Made by a program: the position numbers and the translations under genes
Sequence record: SRR20825019_320
Strand: one strand, 5' to 3'
Length of the DNA stretch: 56,666 bases
Shown here: positions 13,384-24,052 of the stretch, in pieces
Layout of the letters: every line of letters starts with the position of its first letter
Position numbering within the stretch: position 1 is the stretch's first letter
Notes under the pieces: generated by a model
What the model was told of the DNA's origin: nothing
The model's input: only the letters and a program-made list of their open reading frames with translations
Database searches by the model: none

Positions 13384-15333
13384 TCATTCTCCTACATAAT
13401 CAGCAGCTTTTTCAGTAGCCTTTTCACCCATTTTATCAGCAGATTCTTCAAGTTTTTCTTTAGATTTAGATGAGACATCCTCTGCTTGCTTTGAATCATC
13501 AGGTCCAGATGATGAATCTTTTGCTTCTATTTCAGTTGATGCAACTTTATTTTTCATTTGATCCATTAATCCTTTTACAGCGCTAAGAGGATTTTGTACA
13601 ACAGATCCTAATAGTGGACCTTCTGTAACATCAGATGCAAACTGGTTAATAGCAGAAGAGAAGTAAAAAATTATTAATCCTACTATCATAGCGTATAATA
13701 GATTAATGGATATTTTTTTATCATCACGAACATAATTTAACTGAAATAGTAAGAAGTTACGTTCATCCCAAAAATTATCAGTAAAATAATGTAGTAATTT
13801 TACTCCAAGACTATCAAGGCATTTATCTTGATTCGTTACTGGTGCTGAAATTTCAAAAGTTTTATATTCTTCTTTTTGAACTGGATGAAATTCACAATTT
13901 CCGTATATGGAGCTATCATATATAGTAAGAGCAAAACTAGTAAATCCTACTACAATAGCAGGCTGCAGAGCGCAAGATAAACATATTTTAAGCCAAGATT
14001 TAAAATTTTCTTTAGTGTAGCTAAATAAAGAAAATGTTATGAATATTGGTGAAATATAAGCCATGGCATATAGGGTAAGAAGGCAAACTAAATAAGTAGA
14101 AATAAAATGAACAATCATTGTGAATAAAAATAATGAAAAAATTATTCCGTAAGCAAATAATAATATATTTGCATCTATCAATAATATACCTACTAAAACT
14201 TTAAAAAACCTAAGAGGATAGGGAGCATTTCCAAATATAGAAGAGTTTAAATTTCCAATACCCATATTATCAGATATTTCAGGAAGATTTACACCTAAAT
14301 ATGTAAAGAATCTACAATCGATTGAATCCCATAATGCATAGTGAGAATATTTAGGTTCATAATCTTTTTTGTTAAATGAACATAATCCTTTTGAGCCGCT
14401 TGAATTAAATACTATATGAGCAAATTGGTTAATTGCGGATTTAAAAAATGGAAGGCCAAATTCTGTAAATCCGTTATGTTGATCTATGTTGTTTTTATTA
14501 AAAAATTTAAATCCAGATCCAACTCCAAAATAGGCAACTAATATTATTTTAATAGCAAATAATGTAAATGTGGATAAATTTCCATTTGCTGGGTTCATAA
14601 TTAAGTTTAGTCCAAATATTATTGTATAAATACAAAGAGCAGCAAAAACTGCGTTTTTAAGGTATTTTTGAAATCTTGGAAATGAAGTTAAAAAATGATG
14701 CTTGGTTTTACCATGACAAATTTTATCTTCAAAAAATACTCTATCTAGAGATTCAGTCACGCAATCAATTAGTCTTCCTGAAAAATGAATATTAGTCTTA
14801 CTTTTATTTGTATCAAAATAGCATGATTTAGCTTGGATCTTACATGATGTATCTTTTAATTCATCTAATTCTTCTTCTTGAGGAGATATAATTTTTTTAC
14901 ATAAAATTGGTGCCATACCTTTTGGAGTGGGTAAAGAGATGCATAAAGTTTTATAAAAAAATTCATCTACATGAAGTTCTGTATTTTTTAACGTAGGGTA
15001 TTTTGTGAGTGTATTTTGATCAAGATATGAACTAATATTTACTATACTACCTTTGTTTAAGGTGATTTCTGTATATTCATTACTAGCTTCATTTTTTCTA
15101 ATACAAATATTAAGTTCATCATTAAAGTTTTTACATTTTTGCCTCCCGTCTTTAAGGGTGTTTTTCATATCTATATGTTCAAGCACTAAATTATAAATAG
15201 TGTTTTTTGAAGCATATTGATAAATTCCAGTTACAGGTAGGGTGTCGCAAGTTTCTCCTTTTTGAGCATATGATGGATTTGATATTAATATATACATCAA
15301 CAAAGTTTTTATAATAAAGAAAAATTTTTTCAT
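13384..15333 (-). CDS. virB6: Type IV secretion VirB6/TrbL family protein (rvhB6 paralog 2)
   Basis: Signal-peptide-like N-terminus, Cys-rich region, LWDSIDCR, multi-TM core with FKSWLK...LQP; ATGA overlap with upstream virB6. Confidence 0.9.
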   Translation of the reverse strand: MKKFFFIIKTLLMYILISNPSYAQKGETCDTLPVTGIYQYASKNTIYNLVLEHIDMKNTLKDGRQKCKNFNDELNICIRKNEASNEYTEITLNKGSIVNISSYLDQNTLTKYPTLKNTELHVDEFFYKTLCISLPTPKGMAPILCKKIISPQEEELDELKDTSCKIQAKSCYFDTNKSKTNIHFSGRLIDCVTESLDRVFFEDKICHGKTKHHFLTSFPRFQKYLKNAVFAALCIYTIIFGLNLIMNPANGNLSTFTLFAIKIILVAYFGVGSGFKFFNKNNIDQHNGFTEFGLPFFKSAINQFAHIVFNSSGSKGLCSFNKKDYEPKYSHYALWDSIDCRFFTYLGVNLPEISDNMGIGNLNSSIFGNAPYPLRFFKVLVGILLIDANILLFAYGIIFSLFLFTMIVHFISTYLVCLLTLYAMAYISPIFITFSLFSYTKENFKSWLKICLSCALQPAIVVGFTSFALTIYDSSIYGNCEFHPVQKEEYKTFEISAPVTNQDKCLDSLGVKLLHYFTDNFWDERNFLLFQLNYVRDDKKISINLLYAMIVGLIIFYFSSAINQFASDVTEGPLLGSVVQNPLSAVKGLMDQMKNKVASTEIEAKDSSSGPDDSKQAEDVSSKSKEKLEESADKMGEKATEKAADYVGE

Positions 15334-17963
15334 GAATTATTACCTTTATTATTATCAGTATTTTTGCTAATGTTATCTTGAACTTCGTTATTACTATTTT
15401 GTTTTTTATCGGCTTCTTTGAATTTGATTTGTGCTTTATCCTCTGTATCTTTATCTGAATTTTTGCTATCTTTTCCAGAATTTTGTTCAACTGATTTTTG
15501 TACAGATTCATTAACATTAGATACTGCATCTTTAGCCGCTTCTTTTGCTTCATTAGCTGCAGCTGCAGCAACATCAGCTGCTTCAAATACGGCTTCAGCG
15601 CTACCAGCTGTAAAATAATCAGCTGCAGCTCTGACAACTAGTTTCACTGCCGCATTTTTTACTTTATCAACGGCTTCAGCGGCTTGTTTTGTTGCTTGGT
15701 ATACAGATTGAGGTTTAATTGCCATACCATCAATAGCTACCCCTTCTACCATGTCTGCTGCAAATTTAGATAATTGAGTGCTAAAATGGTAAATCATATA
15801 AAGAATTATTATTGCAGTTATTAAGGCTAAAGTAAAATCTTTAATTTTTTCAATTGGAACGCTTATACTATTTTTAATAAATATGCCTGGATAGGACATA
15901 ATCGCATTTTGTATAGAATGTTCTTCAGCTTTATTTTTTAAATCATCAAAATCCTTTTTGCCCTTCTCAATATGAGTTGCTATTATGGAATTTAATGGGT
16001 TGTTTAGCATATAACCTAAACTATTTGTGCATCTTTTATATTCTGCATTAGTGTATTTTGTCGATTTTCTATTTGTGTCAATTAAGAATTGAAGCTTTGA
16101 ATTTTTATCTAATTTTGAAGTTGTATTTGATTTAAAAGGTCTTGAGATAAGATTAAGCGAGTTTTCTTCAAGTTTTTCATCAATTGCGTAAGCTTTGTAT
16201 TTACATGAATCATAAAATCCAAGATCATAAATAGCAAACATAGTCATCATAAATGAAGCTACAACCATAGGCTGTAATACAAATGATATAAGGAGTTTAA
16301 GCCAAGACTGGAAATATCCTTTTGTTACAGAGAATAGACTAAATGGTATAAATATAGGAGCAAGAGTTCCAAGTATTGCAATTGAGATCATGCATATTAT
16401 AAATGCATTTACCATATAAGCAGCTACTGATATTACTATTAAAGGATATGATAGAGTAAGTATTACTAGGGATAAATTAGTTGATAGAAAAGCAGCTATT
16501 ACTAATATAAAATATGGAGGGTATGATGCGCTAAATAATTGATTTATATTACCTTCTTTTAATTGCTGAAGTCTTACGAGTTTCTCTTGTTTAAAATCAG
16601 TCAGGAAATCAAGTCCGAGATAATGAGATATTCTGCAATCTAGTGAATCCCATAAGGAAAGGCTCTTATATCCTTCATCATATAATTCTTTATTAAATTT
16701 ACATAATCCTGATGATGTTGCATCCATTACCCAGCTTGCAAGTGTACTTGCTCCTTCAAACATTAATGGAAATGCAAATGAAATCATTCCATTATAGTTA
16801 TTATTTTTGAAGTTAATACCGATTGTGAAATATACAACTAATAGGAAATGAATAATTACCATTATTAATTCTGATTTCGGAGGTACATCTCCTTTTAGTA
16901 TGATTTTAAAACCAAATAAGATTATATATATTGTCAAAAAGCCAGTTACAGTTTTTTTCATGGCGTTATTGAATTTAAAAAAACTACTATCTTTGTAGCT
17001 TAGAGGAAATTTATATGAATCTTGGTGATTACAAACTCTTTTATCAACTAAGAGTCTAGTTATCATTTGATTTATACATTCAATTAAAGGTAGAGAAATT
17101 TGCATGAGGTTTTTAGAATTTGCTTTTGCTCTTGCGTAACAAGATCTTGTTCCTGTGCAATCAACTAAATCTAAATTTTTTAAGTAATTTTTCTCATTAT
17201 ATTCTTCAAGCTCATCTTCATCTGCTTTAAATTTTGAATATATGGAATATGGGTATGGTTCTTTTACAAATATGCAACCTGCATTAATACTTCCCCACCA
17301 TAAAGTTTTAGTGGAAACGCAGACCATATCTCTATCTCTAACTATTTCCCATGGAAAAATTGAAGTTCCATCAAAAAATACTCCACTCTCACCAATTTTT
17401 TTTGATATAAATTTTTCAGTAAAATCATTAGGATCAGGATGCCAAACTTCTTCAAGGCTTTTGTATAAGGCCTCTCCAGATTTTTTTTGCGCTATTAATG
17501 TTACTAATTCTTTTGCTATTTTTAAAGAGCTTTTAGCTTTTTCTTTTGCAAGTAGAAAATTGCTACATATTCCAAAGGAAATTTTTGGGTTTTCATAATC
17601 TGTATGTTTACTAAAATGACATTGGGAATTAAAAGGCGCCCCGTTATCTAGTTTGACTTTATTATCATTTATTCTAAGCCTTAAAAGTAAAAACTGGTAC
17701 ATTCCAGGAGAAATAAATGAAGCTATATAAGGTGAAGGGGTAGCAGAAGGAGCGCAAGTATGGGAGCCTTCTTTATAAAACATATTTCCTATTCCACCTG
17801 TTTCACAAGTAATATTCTTAAGTAATTCTTTTACAGATTCAATATCATCACCTATGTCGCTTTCTGAAGTTTTAGAGGGTTCTGAATATGCTATGTTTAT
17901 TTGAGATATAAATAGGGTTGTTGTGATTAGCAAAATTTTGACAAATTTGGCAATAGCAAACAT
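15330..17963 (-). CDS. virB6: Type IV secretion VirB6/TrbL family protein (rvhB6 paralog 1)
   Basis: LWDSLDCR, YFQSWLK...LQP multi-TM core directly after virB4; start set at MFAIAK (17963), which forms a TAATG overlap with the virB4 stop (ORF track extends to 18002). Confidence 0.9.
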   Translation of the reverse strand: MFAIAKFVKILLITTTLFISQINIAYSEPSKTSESDIGDDIESVKELLKNITCETGGIGNMFYKEGSHTCAPSATPSPYIASFISPGMYQFLLLRLRINDNKVKLDNGAPFNSQCHFSKHTDYENPKISFGICSNFLLAKEKAKSSLKIAKELVTLIAQKKSGEALYKSLEEVWHPDPNDFTEKFISKKIGESGVFFDGTSIFPWEIVRDRDMVCVSTKTLWWGSINAGCIFVKEPYPYSIYSKFKADEDELEEYNEKNYLKNLDLVDCTGTRSCYARAKANSKNLMQISLPLIECINQMITRLLVDKRVCNHQDSYKFPLSYKDSSFFKFNNAMKKTVTGFLTIYIILFGFKIILKGDVPPKSELIMVIIHFLLVVYFTIGINFKNNNYNGMISFAFPLMFEGASTLASWVMDATSSGLCKFNKELYDEGYKSLSLWDSLDCRISHYLGLDFLTDFKQEKLVRLQQLKEGNINQLFSASYPPYFILVIAAFLSTNLSLVILTLSYPLIVISVAAYMVNAFIICMISIAILGTLAPIFIPFSLFSVTKGYFQSWLKLLISFVLQPMVVASFMMTMFAIYDLGFYDSCKYKAYAIDEKLEENSLNLISRPFKSNTTSKLDKNSKLQFLIDTNRKSTKYTNAEYKRCTNSLGYMLNNPLNSIIATHIEKGKKDFDDLKNKAEEHSIQNAIMSYPGIFIKNSISVPIEKIKDFTLALITAIIILYMIYHFSTQLSKFAADMVEGVAIDGMAIKPQSVYQATKQAAEAVDKVKNAAVKLVVRAAADYFTAGSAEAVFEAADVAAAAANEAKEAAKDAVSNVNESVQKSVEQNSGKDSKNSDKDTEDKAQIKFKEADKKQNSNNEVQDNISKNTDNNKGNNS

Positions 17964-20377
17964 TATAACTCTTTTACTTTCTGATAGAATATTTGAAGCC
18001 ATTTTTCAGGGTCATCACCATATTCTGATCTTATTTTATCTAGTAATATAGAGGTTTCTGCTCTTCCTGATAATATATTAATTATATTATCCATTCCGCT
18101 TAAATTAACTCTTGCAATAATTGCATCTACTCCTTGTTTAATTAAAAAGAACCTACTTGATGGATCTGTAGTTTTAATTATATTATATTCCCTTTGGCTA
18201 AGCATAAAGGCGCTTGTATATATACTTGTAGCTTTTAAATTTGGTAGAAAAATTTGTGTTGCTGTTTGTTGTATTAAGGTGTCGCTAATTCGACTTTTAG
18301 CGGCATCTTCTACAGATTGTGTTGCAAAAATTACAAATGTATTTAGCTTTCTTAAGACTTTTAGCCAGTCTTTAATTTTTGGTGCAAATATTGGGTTATC
18401 AATAAGTGCCCATGCTTCATCAAGCACTATCATAGTAGGATAGCCATCAAGAGATAAATTGATTCTGTGAAATATATAATTTAAAGCAGGTCCAAGGCTT
18501 ACAGGATCTTTTAATAATTCTGCCATTTCAAAACCAAATATGCTACTAATAGATAGATCAGTTTCGTCAGTATCATTATCAAATATACATGCTCTTGAGC
18601 CATTAGAGTGCCACATTGAGATTCTTCCTGCAAGGGTTCCTGGCCCATCTATTCCAAGAAACGGAACAATATTTGATAGTTTTCTATCTTTTTTATCAAG
18701 TCTAAAATTACCATCAATAGCTATAGTTAACAGTTTAATGTCATCTGCAGTTAGAGTTTCTCCATTTGTTGTAACTAGTGATTTTAGCCATTCAAGTAAA
18801 AATGTTCTGTTTTCTCCTGTGTCTTCGAGCTGAAGGGGATTAAAGTTACATTTAGCTCCTGGATCTATAACTGTATATACCCCTCCAATAGCTCTTATAA
18901 ATATTTCTGCGCCTCTATCTTTATCAAAAAAATACATTCTAGGTTTGAATTTTTGTGCTTGCGCGCACAAGAAATTCATAAGTACTGTTTTACCAGCTCC
19001 TGTTGGTCCAATAATTAAGGTGTGACCCACATCTCTTACATGAAAGCTAAAGTAAAATGGAGTTTTTGAAGTAGTATCTAATATGGTAACAAATTCTCCC
19101 CAATGATTTCCATATTTTTTACCTGTAGGAAAATTGTGAAGGGAAGCATATCCAGCAAGATTTAAAGTATTTATTGTAGATTTTCTAACAATGAAACTAT
19201 TATTTCCTGGAAGTTGTCCCCAGTAGCATGGCTCCATATTTACAGTTTCTCTAACAGGTTGTATTCCGCAGTTAGAAAGTTCAACAGATGCTTGAGATAA
19301 AATATTTTCAAGTGATTTTAAGTTATTATCTATACATAATATTGTAAGGTGATGAGTTCCAAAACCTATTTCTCCGCTCATTGCCATATCAAGTGCTTGA
19401 GAAATTTCTGCAATTTGAGAAACAGCTTTATCTTCAGCTTGAATCATTCTGTTTTGTTGAAGTTGCATACTATTTATAGCAACTGTTCTGTTAGAAAAAT
19501 TGAAACTTTGTGAAATAATAAACTCAAAAGGCATGTGAAGAAATCTATCAAGAATTCCAGCATATGTAATGGGCCCATATTCTTTTACGCTAATAATGCC
19601 AGCATATTTTACTCCTAAAGGAGTTCTAGCTTCCATAGATTTATTGCCAAAAAACAATCTACTATTTGGAATATACTTGTCTATATCTATTTTTGGAAGA
19701 AGCATATTGGTTGAATAGCCGCAATTAGTAATAGTTCCTAGAAATTCAAGTAAACTGCATTTATATCCTTGTTTTGTATTTTCTATTCCTAGTATATAAG
19801 GAGAATAATCTTTAAATGTATTTATTATTCTAGATGTTATTTCAGCGAGATTATCAGACATTTCTTTCATATCAGTTTCAAAAGCATTTTTATCTGACTT
19901 TTGGGATAATTTTTTATAAAGATGTTCAAAGTAAGCAGCTCCTGCTTTATCTTGTTTATAAATTACTGATATATATAGTTCATTTTCGTATGATTCAAAT
20001 TTAGTATATTTTTCTTTCCATGTACTTCTTAAGTAGCTTGTAAAATCAGATCCTTGGGCAAGTCTTGGATCAATATTATATTCGTGATCTTTTGATAATA
20101 TTGGTTTTCTTTTTCTAAAAATATGAAAATATAAAGAAATATTTCCTGAAGAAAGATTTTTAAAAAGCAGATTTCTCATGTTTTTACGCATATTTAGATC
20201 ATCATCATCTGCAGTTTCAAAAGAAAAGCCTTTAAGTTTAATAACTTGAAGTAGGGAATTTTCTTTAGTTAGTATTGTATTATGATTCCAGTGGCATTTA
20301 TATGGTATAAAATCGCTTGCATGGATTTCTTGTTTAGCTTTATTTTCTTTAGAGGTACTTGTGTAAAAAAATTGCAT
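17963..20377 (-). CDS. virB4: Type IV secretion ATPase VirB4
   Basis: Walker A GPTGAGKT, FDKDRG, Walker B IVLDEAW, FATQS; between virB3 and virB6. Confidence 0.97.
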   Translation of the reverse strand: MQFFYTSTSKENKAKQEIHASDFIPYKCHWNHNTILTKENSLLQVIKLKGFSFETADDDDLNMRKNMRNLLFKNLSSGNISLYFHIFRKRKPILSKDHEYNIDPRLAQGSDFTSYLRSTWKEKYTKFESYENELYISVIYKQDKAGAAYFEHLYKKLSQKSDKNAFETDMKEMSDNLAEITSRIINTFKDYSPYILGIENTKQGYKCSLLEFLGTITNCGYSTNMLLPKIDIDKYIPNSRLFFGNKSMEARTPLGVKYAGIISVKEYGPITYAGILDRFLHMPFEFIISQSFNFSNRTVAINSMQLQQNRMIQAEDKAVSQIAEISQALDMAMSGEIGFGTHHLTILCIDNNLKSLENILSQASVELSNCGIQPVRETVNMEPCYWGQLPGNNSFIVRKSTINTLNLAGYASLHNFPTGKKYGNHWGEFVTILDTTSKTPFYFSFHVRDVGHTLIIGPTGAGKTVLMNFLCAQAQKFKPRMYFFDKDRGAEIFIRAIGGVYTVIDPGAKCNFNPLQLEDTGENRTFLLEWLKSLVTTNGETLTADDIKLLTIAIDGNFRLDKKDRKLSNIVPFLGIDGPGTLAGRISMWHSNGSRACIFDNDTDETDLSISSIFGFEMAELLKDPVSLGPALNYIFHRINLSLDGYPTMIVLDEAWALIDNPIFAPKIKDWLKVLRKLNTFVIFATQSVEDAAKSRISDTLIQQTATQIFLPNLKATSIYTSAFMLSQREYNIIKTTDPSSRFFLIKQGVDAIIARVNLSGMDNIINILSGRAETSILLDKIRSEYGDDPEKWLQIFYQKVKEL

Positions 20378-20416
20378 TACAAATATATATTTTTATAAAA
20401 CCGGAAACTTAAATAT

Positions 20417-20704
20417 TTATACATAATATGAATTTGCACCATAATAGCTTTTATTGTAGCATGTTTTGCATTTGGAAGCTTTATTTAGGTATAATTCTAG
20501 AAATAATGGTTCTTTAAAACATATTATATAACCAATTAAATGTACAAAAGCTGAAACAAAGATAACCAATAAACTTGAGGTTTGTATATATGCAACTATT
20601 GAAATCATCATATTAAGCATTGCAAATGGCATACTTACCCCAAAAATAAGTGATGGCCTTGTAAGACCAATAAATAATGGGTCAGCAGGTAGTTTATTAC
20701 TCAT
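20417..20704 (-). CDS. virB3: Type IV secretion VirB3
   Basis: ADPLFIGLTRP..FGV, two TM segments, YGANSY C-terminus; upstream of virB4. Confidence 0.95.
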   Translation of the reverse strand: MSNKLPADPLFIGLTRPSLIFGVSMPFAMLNMMISIVAYIQTSSLLVIFVSAFVHLIGYIICFKEPLFLELYLNKASKCKTCYNKSYYGANSYYV

Positions 20705-20961
20705 ATTATAATCTTTTTAAATTATACTAGAATTTATAATAAATTGTTATATTCATTCTAACTTATTAATTTGTTATATGCAATTATATAAGTATTTTTA
20801 GAAGGAATTAATTAATTACATTTTTATAAATTTCTAAAATTTAGTGAAGAATTTATAAAAATGATAATTGCTTGACTATAATTTTTTAATAATTCATGTA
20901 TAACTTTTTACGAAATATTAATTTTGATAAAAAAATCTAATTATAGTGTGTATCAGTTTTA

Positions 20962-21933
20962 ATGACTATTAATTTAAAATCAGTTTCACTTTCTAGCTCT
21001 GTTATTTTAGCTCCTATGTCTGGTGTTACTGACTTGCCTTTTAGAAAATTAGTAAAAAAATTTGGAGCAGGATTGGTGGTGTCTGAAATGGTTGCATCTA
21101 AGGCTATGTTACTTGAAACAAAAAAGTCTATGCAAAAATCAGCTATTGCTCATGGGGATGCAACTTCTTCTTGCGTGCAGCTTGCTGGCTATGAACCAGA
21201 TATTATGGCAGAAGCTGCTAAAATGAATGAAGATATGGGCGCTAAAATCATTGATATAAATTTTGGTTGTCCTGCTAAAAAAGTTGTAGATGGTTATGCA
21301 GGTTCATATTTAATGAAGCATGAATCAGTTGCTGCTAAAATACTTGAAAAAACTGTAAATGCTGTAAAAGTACCTGTTACGTTAAAAATGAGAATGGGTT
21401 GGGATTTTAACTCTTTAAATGCCCCAAAACTTGCAAAAATTGCTGAGCAATTAGGTATTAGTATGGTAACTATACATGGAAGGACTAGATCTCAATTTTA
21501 TTCTGGATCTGCAGATTGGAATTTTATAAATAAGGTCAAGTCTGTTGTTAAAATACCAGTAATCGCTAATGGAGATATTAAAAATATTAAAGATGTAAAA
21601 GATTGTTTGGCTTCATCAGGAGCTGATGGTGTGATGATAGGAAGGGGAGCTTATGGAAGGCCTTGGTTTATTAATCAAGCTGGAGAATATTTAAAAAATG
21701 GTAAAATTATTGATGATCCTACTGGCAAAGAAAAATTAGATGTTATTTTATTTCATTTTGAAGAAATGCTTTCATATTACGGTATTTATACAGGGCTTAG
21801 AATTGCAAGAAAGCATTTATGTTGGTACACTACAAATATGGAGGGAGCTAAAGAATTTAGGAATAAAATCGTAAGAGAAGAAGATCATAATAAAGTAAGA
21901 ATTATGATAAGGGATTTTTTTACATTAGAATAA
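20962..21933 (+). CDS. dusB: tRNA-dihydrouridine synthase B (NifR3)
   Basis: LAPMSGVTD, IDINFGCP, HGRTR, IANGDI, GADGVMIGRG, ARKH. Confidence 0.96.
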   Translation: MTINLKSVSLSSSVILAPMSGVTDLPFRKLVKKFGAGLVVSEMVASKAMLLETKKSMQKSAIAHGDATSSCVQLAGYEPDIMAEAAKMNEDMGAKIIDINFGCPAKKVVDGYAGSYLMKHESVAAKILEKTVNAVKVPVTLKMRMGWDFNSLNAPKLAKIAEQLGISMVTIHGRTRSQFYSGSADWNFINKVKSVVKIPVIANGDIKNIKDVKDCLASSGADGVMIGRGAYGRPWFINQAGEYLKNGKIIDDPTGKEKLDVILFHFEEMLSYYGIYTGLRIARKHLCWYTTNMEGAKEFRNKIVREEDHNKVRIMIRDFFTLE

Positions 21934-21951
21934 ATAATTAAAGGATATTAT

Positions 21952-22218
21952 ATGAATATAAACATAAACAAACATCTTGATCAATCTATTAAAGAATCTG
22001 TAAAAAAACAAATTAGGTTATTACTTGAGATGTTTTTTGATGATGATGAAAATTTGAATTTATATCAAAGTATTATCACGGAGGTTGAAAAAACTTTGAT
22101 AATTGAAACACTCAAGCATTCAAATTTTGTTCAATCAAAAGCTGCAAAAATTCTAGGTATTAATAGAAATACTTTAAGAAGAAAGATCTTGCAACTTAAG
22201 AAAAAAAATGAGACTTAA
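21952..22218 (+). CDS. Fis-like stand-alone helix-turn-helix protein (NtrC C-terminal-like)
   Basis: LYQSIITEVEKTLI..TL......QSKAAKILGINRNTLRRKI Fis/NtrC HTH; AAGGA RBS; 88 aa with no other domain. Confidence 0.85.
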   Translation: MNININKHLDQSIKESVKKQIRLLLEMFFDDDENLNLYQSIITEVEKTLIIETLKHSNFVQSKAAKILGINRNTLRRKILQLKKKNET

Positions 22219-24031
22219 GCTATTTTTCAAAAGGTTTATTGAAAGTTTACAAACGTGGAGAATTAGAGTTCTTTCTGTTTATTTACTTTGTATTCTTGCT
22301 GCTATTTTTACTTGTATTACTTTATATTTCTTTTTATATCATCATAATATTTCTGTCAGAAAATCAAGTATTTTATTTGCTTTATTACTAATTGACTTAT
22401 TTATTATTGTACTTCTTACTATTTTACTTTCTTTAAGGATAATAGTAGCAGCAAGATCAACAAAAAAATATAAATCAAGTATTCAAAGAAGGATAATTAT
22501 TATCTTTTTTTTAATTACAGTTGTGCCGACTGTTATTATTACAGCTTTTTCTGCATATTTTTTTGTTAATGGTATTCAGTCTTGGTTTGGTTCTAGGGTA
22601 AGTATGGTTCTTGATCAATCTTTGCATATTGGAAGATCATATATAGAGGAATATAAAGTAAGAATTAAAAATACTGCTCTTTCTATGACTAATGAACTTG
22701 GAGATATGTATTATGATGTTGTAAATGACTCTATGAAATTTAGTGCAGTATTAAGTGCTCAAGCTCAAGATAGAGCAATTGATGAGGCAATAATTTTCCA
22801 GCCTAGTAGTAAAACAGTCCTTGCAACTACTAATTTTACTTTTACACTTGCATATATAATGATAGATCCTCAAGATTTAAATAAAGCATCTATGGGAAAT
22901 ATTGTAATATTACCATCGCAAAATGATAAAATAGTAGTTCTTGCAAAGTTACAAGAATACGATGATTCATATTTAATGATTAGTAAAACTATTGATGTAG
23001 GTATTTTAGATTATGTAGATAAAACAAGAGGGGCTGCTGCTGAATATAATAAGTTAAAGCAAAATATGCTTTCTTTCCAGATTAAATTTTTAGTGATTTT
23101 TATTCTAATATCAATCTTATTAATACTTGTATCTGTAAATGTTGGGGTTTTATTTGCAAATAGTATTATTGGTAAATTGCTTACACTTGTAGATGCTACT
23201 GATAAGGTAAGGCAGGGTAATTTAAATATAAAGGTTAGTACTGGGAGTGGAGATGATGAGTTTGCATATTTAGCATCTGCATTTAATGCTATGCTTAAAC
23301 AGCTAAGGAATCAAGGAAGGGATTTACTTGTAGCTCAAAAATCATTAGCTTGGCAGGATGTGGCAAAAAGGGTAGCTCATGAGATCAGAAATCCATTAAC
23401 TCCCTTGCAACTGGCTGCAGAAAGGATTAAAAATAAGTTTGTTAATCAAATAACAAAAGATCAGGATCAATTTATTAAATATGGTGATGTATTGCAAAAA
23501 CATATTAAAGATATAGGGGTAATAGTTTCTGAATTCACAAATTTTGCAAGAATGCCAAATCCAGAATTTACCAAAGTAAATATTTCAAACTTAGTAACTT
23601 CTATAATAGATTCAAGAAAGATTATTCATTCAGAAATTTTATATGAGATAGAATTTCAAAAAGATGATATATATTTAAATGCTGATGAAAATTTATTAAG
23701 AAGGATATTATTAAATTTAATAAAAAATTCAGAAGAAGCTTTGGAGCTTTTAAAGAATAATACAAAAAAAATAACAGTTATATTGAATGGAGACGAGGAA
23801 GTTGTTATACTTAAAATTGATGATAGCGGTCCTGGTTTTAAAGAAGAGAATAAGGATAAGTTATTACATCCATATTATACCACAAAGAAAGATGGCACTG
23901 GTTTGGGGCTTGCTATTGTTAAGCAAATACTAGAAGAACATAGAGCTGAAATTCATCTAGGTAGTGGTAAAAATGGTGGTGCGTTAGTTGAGATGAAATT
24001 TAGTAGAAAATTTTTGACTAATAGAAATTAG
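22208..24031 (+). CDS. ntrY: Sensor histidine kinase NtrY
   Basis: N-terminal TM helices, HAMP, H-box AWQDVAKRVAHEIRNPLTP, N-box NLIKNS, DSGPG, GTGLGLAIV; precedes ntrX. Confidence 0.93.
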   Translation: MRLKLFFKRFIESLQTWRIRVLSVYLLCILAAIFTCITLYFFLYHHNISVRKSSILFALLLIDLFIIVLLTILLSLRIIVAARSTKKYKSSIQRRIIIIFFLITVVPTVIITAFSAYFFVNGIQSWFGSRVSMVLDQSLHIGRSYIEEYKVRIKNTALSMTNELGDMYYDVVNDSMKFSAVLSAQAQDRAIDEAIIFQPSSKTVLATTNFTFTLAYIMIDPQDLNKASMGNIVILPSQNDKIVVLAKLQEYDDSYLMISKTIDVGILDYVDKTRGAAAEYNKLKQNMLSFQIKFLVIFILISILLILVSVNVGVLFANSIIGKLLTLVDATDKVRQGNLNIKVSTGSGDDEFAYLASAFNAMLKQLRNQGRDLLVAQKSLAWQDVAKRVAHEIRNPLTPLQLAAERIKNKFVNQITKDQDQFIKYGDVLQKHIKDIGVIVSEFTNFARMPNPEFTKVNISNLVTSIIDSRKIIHSEILYEIEFQKDDIYLNADENLLRRILLNLIKNSEEALELLKNNTKKITVILNGDEEVVILKIDDSGPGFKEENKDKLLHPYYTTKKDGTGLGLAIVKQILEEHRAEIHLGSGKNGGALVEMKFSRKFLTNRN

Positions 24032-24052
24032 ATTATTGTTTAAGAGGTAGTA

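Noticed and set aside
22201-22208. A8 run at the Fis-like/ntrY overlap as a frameshift or phase-variation site
   Set aside because: Both ORFs are complete with their own starts, and A-runs of this length are common in this sequence
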